The notes beneath the pieces were generated by a model. That model saw only the letters and a list, made by a program, of their open reading frames with translations. It did no database searches and was not told the DNA's origin. From positions 128,001 through 192,000 of the forward strand of contig CBDCKW010000009.1 of NCBI GenBank assembly GCA_965218435.1: a stretch of DNA of 64,000 nucleotides, given 5' to 3'. Position 1 is the first letter of the stretch, and the number at the start of each line of letters is the position of its first letter. Positions 19,922-28,106 of the stretch are shown here, piece by piece. Source of the stretch: Truepera sp. (GTDB lineage: Bacteria; Deinococcota; Deinococci; Deinococcales; Trueperaceae). A program made the position numbers and the translations under genes.

Positions 19922-20146
19922 ATGACACGTCAAGATACGCTGCAAACGATCAGCGAACTGCTGCCACAGCAACCGCAAGAAAAGCTCGAGGCACTGCTTA
20001 GCTGGCTCGAGCAAGACGAAGACGCTTTTGAGAAACAGCTACGCGCCGATGTAGAGGCGGGAAAGCTTGACAGTCTCATCGCCGAGGTCGTTGCTGAATA
20101 TGAAGCGGGAGAGACGATAGACCTCGATCTCGCATGTAAACCCTGA
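19922..20146 (+). CDS. Putative antitoxin
   Basis: 74-aa acidic ORF with DVEAGKLDSL; leaderless TAAAAT-N6-ATG; directly upstream of toxin. Confidence 0.75.
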   Translation: MTRQDTLQTISELLPQQPQEKLEALLSWLEQDEDAFEKQLRADVEAGKLDSLIAEVVAEYEAGETIDLDLACKP

Positions 20147-20159
20147 AGCCGTGTAGCTT

Positions 20160-20420
20160 TTGAAGCACCATGCAACCAAAGCTTTTTGGAAACGGTATAA
20201 CCAGCTCCCCCTTAATGTACAGCGTCTGGCACGCAAGCAGTACGGCTTGCTCAAGCAAAACCCACAGCATCCTTCTCTACATTTCAAACCTGTTGCCAAG
20301 CTGTGGTCTGCAAGAATTAACGACGACTACCGAGCTTTAGCGATTAGATATGATGATGCTTATGTGTGGTTTTATATCGGAGTACACGCCGAGTATGACA
20401 AAATCATTGCTCAACGTTAG
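20160..20420 (+). CDS. RelE/ParE-superfamily toxin
   Basis: FWKRYNQLP, NPQHPSLHFK, WSARINDDYRAL, WFYIGVHAEYD. Confidence 0.85.
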   Translation: MKHHATKAFWKRYNQLPLNVQRLARKQYGLLKQNPQHPSLHFKPVAKLWSARINDDYRALAIRYDDAYVWFYIGVHAEYDKIIAQR

Positions 20421-20451
20421 GCGCACCACCCACACCACAAAAAACCAGGCC

Positions 20452-20484
20452 AAAAAAATAGTCCGTGGTATCTTCACACGGACT
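20452..20484 (-). terminator. Intrinsic terminator, minus strand
   Basis: Stem AGTCCGTG/CACGGACT with adjacent A7 on + strand. Confidence 0.6.
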
Positions 20485-20681
20485 GGGGTGGCCTCCCCTT
20501 TGTTGCGCACGCCCCGGCATTTGCTTTGGCGTGCCCTTATCATGCTCACCCAAGCTTAAGGGAAGCTTAAGATTTCGTAAAATTATATTTATATAAATAG
20601 ATCAGGCTACGCTGGCTTCTTGTTGGCCTTCTTCGGCTCCGGTAAATCCAAATACGGCTGCGCTGTGTATCTTCCTAATGT

Positions 20682-20717
20682 CCCGCACGGTCACCCCCGG
20701 CTCTGTGCGGGTTTTTT
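20682..20717 (+). terminator. Intrinsic terminator, plus strand
   Basis: CCCGCACGG...CTGTGCGGG followed by T6. Confidence 0.6.
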
Positions 20718-20733
20718 ATGGCTGCTCGCTCTG

Positions 20734-20934
20734 CTAAGCAGCGCCGAGTACAGCGGTGATTTCCTCCGCCTCGAGGTACGGGTAATCTTCTAAAATCTCG
20801 CTCACGCTGGCTCCGGCGGCGAGCAACCAGGGCACATCTTTTACTCGAATTCTTAAATCACGGATGCAAGGTCGGCCCCCACACTGTTCAGCGTTTACGG
20901 TGATGCGGTGCCCTTTGCTCATAACGTGGCTCAT
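20734..20934 (-). CDS. DUF433 protein (antitoxin-like, no adjacent partner)
   Basis: RITVNAEQCGGRPCIRDLRIRV...EILEDYPYL. Confidence 0.8.
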   Translation of the reverse strand: MSHVMSKGHRITVNAEQCGGRPCIRDLRIRVKDVPWLLAAGASVSEILEDYPYLEAEEITAVLGAA

Positions 20935-20952
20935 AAGGTCAAGTGTAGCTGT

Positions 20953-21240
20953 TTACGGCGTCTGGAGTTCTTCTAACCGCCCCAAAATCCGCGCCAGCGC
21001 CCCGAACACCGCCCAACCTGCTGCGCCCAGCACGATAAAACCCGCCGCTTGCGGGATGAAGTAAAAAGGGTCGCCGTTTACGGCGCGGAAGCCGTTGGCG
21101 AGGGCGTAGGTGCCCCAGAACACCCCGAGGATGCTCGAGGCGAGAGAAAAGATGCTCAAAACTATTTTCATAAAGTCGGTTTTCGTCTGTACTACTGGAA
21201 TTTGCGTGACGGTTACAGTTTCTGAGCTGTTGTGGTCCAT
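20953..21240 (-). CDS. Small hypothetical membrane protein
   Basis: 95 aa, two hydrophobic segments, GGAG SD. Confidence 0.6.
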   Translation of the reverse strand: MDHNSSETVTVTQIPVVQTKTDFMKIVLSIFSLASSILGVFWGTYALANGFRAVNGDPFYFIPQAAGFIVLGAAGWAVFGALARILGRLEELQTP

Positions 21241-21270
21241 GTACTATCTCCAAGTGTGTACTGAAAAAGT

Positions 21271-21298
21271 AAAAAAGGCGAGCGGTTAGGCTCGCCTT
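21271..21298 (-). terminator. pilA intrinsic terminator
   Basis: AAGGCGAGC/GCTCGCCTT stem with A-run on + strand just after pilin stop. Confidence 0.8.
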
Positions 21299-21321
21299 GA
21301 CGTTGCGGTTAAGCGTTCGGA

Positions 21322-21708
21322 TTAGGGTTTGCTGATGGATTTGCCATCGTAATTAAACACTGTGCCTTGAGCTGAAGTAGCCGTAATGGTGTACTTGTCT
21401 GCTGCAGCGTCGTAGGTGACAGTGCCAGGAGCAGTAGCTAGAACGGAAGCAGGTATAGGTTTGTCAGTCAGTGTGGCACAGCTTGTTTCAGTCGGAAGTG
21501 CTTGAGAAACAGAATCGCGCTTGGTTTCAACAGCTGTGATACATTCACGAATCCAAGCTTGCGTGGCAGTCTCGTTAGCGCGGGTACGGGCGGCTAAAAG
21601 GTTCGGGATAAGAACCGCGGCTAAGATGCCAATGATGGCGATGACGATGAGAAGTTCGATGAGGGTAAAGCCTTGGTTGGCCTTACGGGTACGGAGGGTG
21701 TTGCGCAT
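21322..21708 (-). CDS. pilA: Major type IV pilin
   Basis: NQG|FTLIELLIVIAIIGILAAVLIP; two Cys; strong SD AAGGAG; own terminator. Confidence 0.88.
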   Translation of the reverse strand: MRNTLRTRKANQGFTLIELLIVIAIIGILAAVLIPNLLAARTRANETATQAWIRECITAVETKRDSVSQALPTETSCATLTDKPIPASVLATAPGTVTYDAAADKYTITATSAQGTVFNYDGKSISKP

Positions 21709-21805
21709 GGTGTTGCTCCTTTTGTGAGCGCCCGGATAATGGGATTTAGGAATGGCCGGTTGCTCTTGTTAGTTCTTGGCGAACGTTTCTTCGTTCGCTG
21801 GATTT

Positions 21806-21838
21806 AAGATACTCACTAGGCTCTTACAAAAAACTTAC
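21806..21838 (-). promoter_or_regulatory. pilA promoter with tandem boxes and -10
   Basis: + strand CTTAC 21823 and 21834; -10 TATCTT (21811-21806) after an 11-nt gap. Confidence 0.7.
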
Positions 21839-22027
21839 AAAAAAGCGTGTGCAGCACGTGTTAAAAAAGTAACAGGGAGTTGGGAGCAGGAGGCGAGAAG
21901 TGAGGTGCGGAGCTGACCGCGTGTAAAAGGAAGGGTAAATGTAGCAGGGAGAAGGTAAGAGGCGTTAGCTGCATTCTCAATTCTGTATTTCTACTTCTCA
22001 CTTCTACTTTTCGTCTATGCTGTTCTT

Positions 22028-22279
22028 ATGACTGTTGAACTTACCAAGGAACAGGAAATGCTTATCGAGGAGCAACTTGCAAGCGGGCGTTACGGGTCTC
22101 GGGATGAGGTTATCGCTGAAGCATTGGCGCTGCTTAGTGATTATGCTCAGCTTGAACAGCTAAAGCTGGAGCGGTTGCGCGCTGAGATTCAAAAAGGTTT
22201 AGACAGTGGTAAAAGTACCCCGCTAGACATGCGGGCGCTTAAAGAGGAAGCGAGACGGCGTAACGAATATACTCGCTGA
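22028..22279 (+). CDS. parD: ParD-like ribbon-helix-helix antitoxin
   Basis: LASGRYGSRDEVIAEALALL...LRAEIQKGLDSG. Confidence 0.85.
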   Translation: MTVELTKEQEMLIEEQLASGRYGSRDEVIAEALALLSDYAQLEQLKLERLRAEIQKGLDSGKSTPLDMRALKEEARRRNEYTR

Positions 22280-22298
22280 TGCACCCTGTCGCCTAAAA

Positions 22299-22690
22299 CC
22301 TGTACTCAAACGGCCCGAGGCTGAAGCAGATTTATTCCTACAGGTTTATCTTTTATGTGGGAGCGTGTCAGTTTGGACAGCCCTGACGCCGCTGACCGCG
22401 CACTCGACCGGCTTGCAGAAAGTTTTGACCTTTTGGCAGCTCAGCCCTTAATGAGACGAGCACGGCCTGAGCTTGCGCCACAGCTTCGCAGCTTTGTACC
22501 GGGTCGCTACGTCATCTTTTATGTACCTTATGGAAACGGCATTGATGTTGTAAGGGTGTTGGGCGGCAAAAAAGTGCCCCAAACGCAGTGGCAGGGTACG
22601 TTCGGAGTGAGCTTGAGCGGTAGCAGACGCTGCCTTCCATTTTCAGTTCTCCCTTCTCAATTCTGTATTTTTGCTCCTCTACTCAGATAG
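22299..22690 (+). pseudogene. parE: ParE toxin pseudogene
   Basis: PVLKRPEAEADL is in a different frame from W...DSPDAADRALD...RARPEL...YVIFY and has no start codon; C-terminal LHG motif absent. Confidence 0.7.
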
Positions 22691-22724
22691 ATAACGATGT
22701 GTAAAAGCTGTGTTATGCTGATAG

Positions 22725-23306
22725 GTGTCCGCGCTTTCTATTTTAGATATTTCCGTAGATCATCCAGACATCCCGAACCTTCGGCGGCGGGCGCTGCTGT
22801 GTGCCGGGCTGCTCGGCGCAGGTAGGCCGCTTTTACCCCGTGAACTCGAGACGTTGCTGGGGCTTACTGCCCAAACCGAGGTCGAGGAAGCTGTAAGAGA
22901 CCTGCGCGAAGGGTTGCGGGAGGCCGGGTTGGGATTGGTGTTAGAAGAGGTGGCAGGGGGTTACCGGCTGATTGTAGACCCGGTGCTGACGCCCGACCTC
23001 GAGGCTTTGTTGTCGCCGCCGCCCCTGCCGCAACTTTCTGCGGCGGCTTTAGAGACGTTGGCGCTGGTGGCGTATCAGCAACCGATTACGCGGGGGGAGC
23101 TCGAGGCCGCTCGCGGCAGTTCATGCGCCTCGACGCTCGAGACGCTGCAAGAACGCGAACTCATCAAGGTGGTGGGGCGTAGAGATGTGATCGGCAGGCC
23201 GCTGCTATACGGGACGACGGGCAGGTTTCTTTTAGAGTTCGGGCTCAAGTCGCTTGACGATTTGCCGCCCTTAGAGGATGCGCCGACGGACTTTTTGCGG
23301 GGGTAG
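22725..23306 (+). CDS. scpB: SMC-Scp complex subunit ScpB
   Basis: EVAGGYRL, LSAAALETLALVAYQQPITR, GRPLLYGTT, FGLKSLDDLP. Confidence 0.93.
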   Translation: MSALSILDISVDHPDIPNLRRRALLCAGLLGAGRPLLPRELETLLGLTAQTEVEEAVRDLREGLREAGLGLVLEEVAGGYRLIVDPVLTPDLEALLSPPPLPQLSAAALETLALVAYQQPITRGELEAARGSSCASTLETLQERELIKVVGRRDVIGRPLLYGTTGRFLLEFGLKSLDDLPPLEDAPTDFLRG

Positions 23307-23391
23307 GTTTGCGTACGACCTTTACGAAAGCGTTTTGCTCTTTGCTGTCAAGCTCGAGTAACCCCCCCCTTAGACCTGTTAGCCTGAACCT

Positions 23392-24276
23392 ATGGCTCAA
23401 CCTTTTGCCGAACGACTTTTTGACCGCATCAACAACACCAACTCCCGTGTGTGTCTAGGGATTGACCCACGCCCCGGCGCACATCCGCTGACGCACCCGG
23501 CACGGTTTGAAGGCGACCCGGCGCAGATTGCCAGAGCCGTCGTTCACTACTTTCAGGCCATCATCCAGGCGACGCAGGGGAGCGTGGCGTGTTACAAACT
23601 GCAGTCGGGGTTTTTTGAGGCGCTCGGCGTACCGGGGCTGATCGCCTTGGCGCAACTGATTGCGGACGTGCGGGCACGGGGGATTCCAGTTATCTTAGAC
23701 GCCAAACGCGGGGACATCGGGGCGACGGCGGCGGCTTACGCGCAGAGCTATCTGGGTAACGGGGTCTTTGCCTCGGACGCGCTGACCGTAAACCCGTATC
23801 TGGGTGAGGACGGTCTCGAGCCCTTCGTCACGCAGTCCGTTAGCGCCGACCGGGGCATGTTCGTGCTGGTTAAAACCTCAAACCCCGGCAGCGTAGACCT
23901 CCAAGACGCTCGTTTAGAGGGGGGCGAGCGGGTGTTTGAACGTGTTGCGTCGCTGGTGACCCGTCTTGCTGAGCCGCACCGGGGCGCGTCCGGCTACGCA
24001 CCGGTCGGGGCCGTGGTCGGCGCAACCTATCCGGCAGAACTCGGGGCGCTGCGGGCACGTTTGCCGTACAGCGTGCTGCTCGTTCCCGGTTACGGCGCAC
24101 AGGGCGGCAGTGCCGATGACGTGGCGGCAGCGTTTGATCAAGACGGCCTCGGCGCGGTAGTCAGCTCGAGCCGCGCCCTCACCTACTTGACCCAAGAGGC
24201 GGACTTTGCCGAACGCTCGCGGACAGCGGTTGCCGAGATGAACGCGGCGTTAAACGGTGCCCTCGGTCTCGCTTAG
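23392..24276 (+). CDS. pyrF: Orotidine-5'-phosphate decarboxylase
   Basis: LGIDP, DAKRGDIGAT, TVNPYLG, KTSNPGS, VPGYGAQGG. Confidence 0.96.
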   Translation: MAQPFAERLFDRINNTNSRVCLGIDPRPGAHPLTHPARFEGDPAQIARAVVHYFQAIIQATQGSVACYKLQSGFFEALGVPGLIALAQLIADVRARGIPVILDAKRGDIGATAAAYAQSYLGNGVFASDALTVNPYLGEDGLEPFVTQSVSADRGMFVLVKTSNPGSVDLQDARLEGGERVFERVASLVTRLAEPHRGASGYAPVGAVVGATYPAELGALRARLPYSVLLVPGYGAQGGSADDVAAAFDQDGLGAVVSSSRALTYLTQEADFAERSRTAVAEMNAALNGALGLA

Positions 24277-24447
24277 TACCCTTGCAGTTAGCCGGAGCTA
24301 AGTGGTGCCGACTTGTGCTTTTGTCGTTGCGTCTCGCTTACGCCTGAAACGCTCTGATGCTTACCAAGCCGGCAGCTACTGACTTCTGTATGCTTAATTC
24401 TGTGTTCTCAATACCGACTTCTCCGGCAGGCTACGCTACAACCAACT

Positions 24448-25371
24448 CTAGCCCCCAACGAACTTGAGAATAGCCTGCGGGCTCATATTGGTACGGAGCT
24501 GCGGAATCAGCCGGAGTATGGTCATAAATCCTACGTTCGGCCCTAAAAAGAGCGCGGTGTAGCGTTTTTTATCAGCAACCTCGGGCGCAGCAAACGATAA
24601 ATAGGCGGTTTCGTCACCGGGCGGCGTCTCGAGAATCTCCTGCGGTAAGGGCGGCTCGGCGGCTAAGATCACTAACCGTGATTCGTTGGTGGCGATAAAG
24701 AGCCGCTCGGCAGTGTCGGCGGGCGCGTAGACGTAGTTTTGGATGCTCACCACGCAGTCGCTCAGCCGCGCCATCGCCCCCGCGACATCTTCTTGGACGT
24801 TGACGGGTTCGGCGGGTGGACGGACGACGATGAGGCGCGGATAGACGCCGTTTCGGAGCGTGGCCCAAAACGAGATGTGGGTAGGGTCAGCCGGGTCAAA
24901 GGCGAACACCGCCACCGGGTCGAGATAGGCCCCGGCAGACTCGAAGATGGGCTCGAGACTTGCTAAAAGGTCGCTCCCGCTCGGGGTTCGGTCGGTTAAG
25001 GTCGGGGCGGGCAGCTCGTACCAACTTGCCAGTTTGCTGAGCGCCGCTGCCCACGCGTCAAACGAAAAGGTTCCGGCGCTCCAGCTCGGGCTCAGGAGGT
25101 CGCGGTCGGCCAGGTAAGCAAACAGCGCCCGGTCGGGGTCATCTGCGGCAACCGGCAGGTCGGTCACCCGCTGCAAAGGTGGAAGGGAAGGCTCGAGCAG
25201 TTCTACAGCTCGTTTGAGCAGCTCGGCGGCGCGGCGGCCGTCGGCAGGTTGGGCCAGCTCGTTGGCGCTCAACCCGGCGCGTAACTCTGTACTGCACCGC
25301 TGCGCGTAGGTCAGTCCTAACAAGCAGGCGAGACTCAAAACTAACAGATATTTGGGCGTGTGGTTCAACAT
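24448..25371 (-). CDS. Hypothetical exported protein
   Basis: Signal peptide ending TYA|Q; 307-aa ORF with no recognised motif. Confidence 0.7.
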   Translation of the reverse strand: MLNHTPKYLLVLSLACLLGLTYAQRCSTELRAGLSANELAQPADGRRAAELLKRAVELLEPSLPPLQRVTDLPVAADDPDRALFAYLADRDLLSPSWSAGTFSFDAWAAALSKLASWYELPAPTLTDRTPSGSDLLASLEPIFESAGAYLDPVAVFAFDPADPTHISFWATLRNGVYPRLIVVRPPAEPVNVQEDVAGAMARLSDCVVSIQNYVYAPADTAERLFIATNESRLVILAAEPPLPQEILETPPGDETAYLSFAAPEVADKKRYTALFLGPNVGFMTILRLIPQLRTNMSPQAILKFVGG

Positions 25372-25570
25372 AAAATGAGTCTAGCGTATGAAACTTGGGC
25401 CGGTATGAGCGCCGCTATAAGGCGCTATAAGGTCCGTAAAGCCGGTTATATCGGTGCCGGAAGGTGTCCCATTGACTTGGGGTGCTGTTTTCTACGGCTT
25501 GCCGGAGAAACACAATATGTTAAACACAACCTGCTTTCAGCGTGAACCTCTTTCTGCTACGCTTTAAGCG

Positions 25571-25870
25571 ATGCCTAGCACCCTGAACGTGCCTCCTGAT
25601 GTGCTCGAGTCCTTTTGTCGCCGTCATCACATCCGTAAGCTGTCTACCTTCGGTTCGGCGTTACGGAGCGACTTCAGCTCGGAGAGTGATGTAGACGTTT
25701 TAGTAGAGTTCGAGCCGGGACACACGCCGGGGTTGGCCTTTTTTGGTTTACAGGACGAGCTTTCAGAGCTTTTTGGACGCAAGGTAGACCTGAATACGCC
25801 TGCTTTTTTAAGTCGTTATTTCCGTCAAGATGTTTTGAGGGAGGCTCGAGTTGAGTACAAACACGAGTAA
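25571..25870 (+). CDS. Minimal nucleotidyltransferase (MNT/MntA-type antitoxin), orphan
   Basis: FGSALR...SDVDVLVEF, GRKVDL; no HEPN gene follows. Confidence 0.88.
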   Translation: MPSTLNVPPDVLESFCRRHHIRKLSTFGSALRSDFSSESDVDVLVEFEPGHTPGLAFFGLQDELSELFGRKVDLNTPAFLSRYFRQDVLREARVEYKHE

Positions 25871-25893
25871 GGTTCGTTAAAAATAACCTTTGC

Positions 25894-26514
25894 TTAGCCT
25901 ATAAGCCATTTCGCCATTTCTTTTGTCGTTGTCACCAACCCGCTATAGGCGTTGAGAAACATCAGTGCTTGATCCTCGTGCTCAGCGCAGAGGTCGCGTA
26001 GAACGAACACAAGGTAGCTCTCGCTGCTCGCACGTTCGGCGGCGCGGCGCACGCAGATTTCCGTACGGACGCCGCTCAGCAGCACATATTTGATGCTGTG
26101 AGCGTCCAAAAGCTGCTTTAAGTTGGTGCTGGTAAAGGCGTCGCCGCAGCGTTTCTCGAGGGTAACGGCGTCTTCGGGGATAGTTAGCCCGTAAAAATCG
26201 TAATCACTGTGATTGGGGTTTGCGGGAAAACTGATCCCTTTAACCTTGTCGAGCCACTTCATATTTTGAGGCCGACTCGCTTCGTCGGCAACGGCGCGAA
26301 TATAAACAGATAAGCCGCCCGCTTTTTGGAAAGTTTCGGCAAAGGCGTTGATTTTGGCTGGTAACGCCTGCATCCGGGTATTGGCGTGCTTGCGCCCGGT
26401 GACGCCTGTCGGGGAACAGAACATATTCTGAACGTCAACGATAAGCAGGGCGCACTTATGTGGGTCAAGGTTGGGCTCGAGCCCGGAAGTGTAGTCCTGC
26501 CAGTGCGTCGTCAC
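25894..26514 (-). CDS. Cysteine hydrolase (isochorismatase family)
   Basis: ALLIVDVQN, EK, GVRTEICV Asp-Lys-Cys triad. Confidence 0.88.
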   Translation of the reverse strand: MTTHWQDYTSGLEPNLDPHKCALLIVDVQNMFCSPTGVTGRKHANTRMQALPAKINAFAETFQKAGGLSVYIRAVADEASRPQNMKWLDKVKGISFPANPNHSDYDFYGLTIPEDAVTLEKRCGDAFTSTNLKQLLDAHSIKYVLLSGVRTEICVRRAAERASSESYLVFVLRDLCAEHEDQALMFLNAYSGLVTTTKEMAKWLIG

Positions 26515-26651
26515 GCCCAGTGTTTGTTACTGAGTTGAGCCGTAGTCACAGGACGATTATAGGCCGAGGAAAAGACTTGGAACGATTCCTGTCCTCAGGC
26601 TGAGCGAGAGTTTAAGACTACTGCCCAATCACTCGGTTGACTTAGCTCAAG

Positions 26652-26665
26652 AGCTTAGCTAAGCT
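26652..26665. promoter_or_regulatory. TA autorepression operator overlapping -10
   Basis: Perfect palindrome AGCTTAGCTAAGCT containing TAAGCT 6 nt before ATG. Confidence 0.6.
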
Positions 26666-26671
26666 ATCCTT

Positions 26672-26902
26672 ATGACCCGTGTCACTATTCATGAAGCTAA
26701 AACTCAACTTTCCAAGCTCATCAAACAGGCGCTGGAAGGCGAAGAAATTATTATTTCTCGGGGTAAAGAACCATTAGTCAAACTCGTCCCGTTACCGGAA
26801 CAGCGCAAAGCACGCCGAATCGGTGGGGCAAGAGGACTTATCGAATACATGGTTGAGGATTTTGACGGGCCTTTAGAGGTGTTCAAGGACTATCAACCGT
26901 GA
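26672..26902 (+). CDS. Phd/YefM-family antitoxin
   Basis: VTIHEAKTQLSKLI...GEEIII...PLVKLVP. Confidence 0.92.
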   Translation: MTRVTIHEAKTQLSKLIKQALEGEEIIISRGKEPLVKLVPLPEQRKARRIGGARGLIEYMVEDFDGPLEVFKDYQP

Positions 26903-27285
26903 AGGTGTTGCTCGATACCCACGCGTTTTTATGGCTTATCCAGGGGGATAAACGTGTGAGTAGGGAGGCCGAAGCTATCTTTTTAGAGCGCGACAACGAG
27001 CTGTTTTTTAGTGCGGCGAGCTACTGGGAAATCTGTATCAAGCAGAGCTTGGGCAAGTTAGGGTTGACATTCGGCTGGCAGGAAATCCTGGACACCGAGC
27101 TGGCAGTCAACAGCATCAACTGGCTTGACATCAAAAAGGCGCACTATCAGGGCCTTTTGCACCTCCCGCAGCATCACGGTGATCCCTTTGACAGACTTCT
27201 GATTTCGCAAGCCGTAGCTGAAAATATGGTGCTGCTGAGTGCGGACGCCAACATCGGGAAGTACAGCGTAAAGACAGTTTGGTGA
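26899..27285 (+). CDS. vapC: PIN-domain (VapC) toxin
   Basis: LLDTHAFLW, SAASYWEI, HHGDPFDRLL. Confidence 0.92.
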   Translation: MKVLLDTHAFLWLIQGDKRVSREAEAIFLERDNELFFSAASYWEICIKQSLGKLGLTFGWQEILDTELAVNSINWLDIKKAHYQGLLHLPQHHGDPFDRLLISQAVAENMVLLSADANIGKYSVKTVW

Positions 27286-27449
27286 TTTTAGAGTAACCTG
27301 AAGAATCTGCGGCGTGTAAGCTCGAGTCCTTTTGCCGCCATCGTTACATCCGCGAGTTTTCGGTTGCTACTGAATAAACAACAACTACATTAAAGCTGTA
27401 AAAATTGTCTCGCTAGCACCCCAGTTCAGGGGTGCTTCATTATGCTGAT

Positions 27450-28067
27450 TTAAGAGCTTTCTAGTCGGGAAAACCCCGTTGGTTTTTCCAGCATAACGAG
27501 CGGAGAACCTATAAAGTTTATTCCTATTGCTTTCAGGTCTTGTTTAGTTTCACTGATTGGCTTAATAAGGCAACGAACTTCTAGCGCAAACTCGCTCCTT
27601 ATGCTGGAAAACTGATCTAGGATTGATGCGTAGTTATAAGAGAAATAACTTGATGAGGCTAGGAGAACAAAGCTTACAGAACTTCCTTTTAGAGAAAAAT
27701 ACTTCCCAATCTCTTGTCCTGTGATCTCATTGCCTCTTCGACTAGTGCTCCTGATTGTGCGAGCTTCAAGGCGACCATCTAACCAAAACAGTTGCGAGTT
27801 ATCTGCTGGACGTTGTTCGAGAGCGGGATATTGCTCGAGTTGATGCTGCAAATCTCTATACATAGCCCTTGTTGTCAATTTATATTGTCTTGTTTCTGTA
27901 GCTTGGATACCCGCATTAACGAAGCCAATATTGACACCTCCGCCGCTACCCTGAGTTTTCGAGATGGTTGTTGGCACGCCTAAATCGCCTGTTGTATCGT
28001 ACAGGTCAGCGATAAACTCGATGTCAAGATAGATAAGCTCATACTCACTTGAGCGTCTTTCAAGCAT
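27450..28067 (-). CDS. Hypothetical protein, low GC
   Basis: 205-aa ORF with AAGGA SD; AT-rich relative to flanks. Confidence 0.7.
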   Translation of the reverse strand: MLERRSSEYELIYLDIEFIADLYDTTGDLGVPTTISKTQGSGGGVNIGFVNAGIQATETRQYKLTTRAMYRDLQHQLEQYPALEQRPADNSQLFWLDGRLEARTIRSTSRRGNEITGQEIGKYFSLKGSSVSFVLLASSSYFSYNYASILDQFSSIRSEFALEVRCLIKPISETKQDLKAIGINFIGSPLVMLEKPTGFSRLESS

Positions 28068-28106
28068 ATAAGTCCTTTCAAATCATAAGCATTTTTTTGC
28101 TTGAAA

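Noticed and set aside
21709..21800. c-di-GMP riboswitch in the pilA leader
   Set aside because: Only a 5' hairpin (GCGAACG/CGTTCGC); no GEMM consensus recognised.
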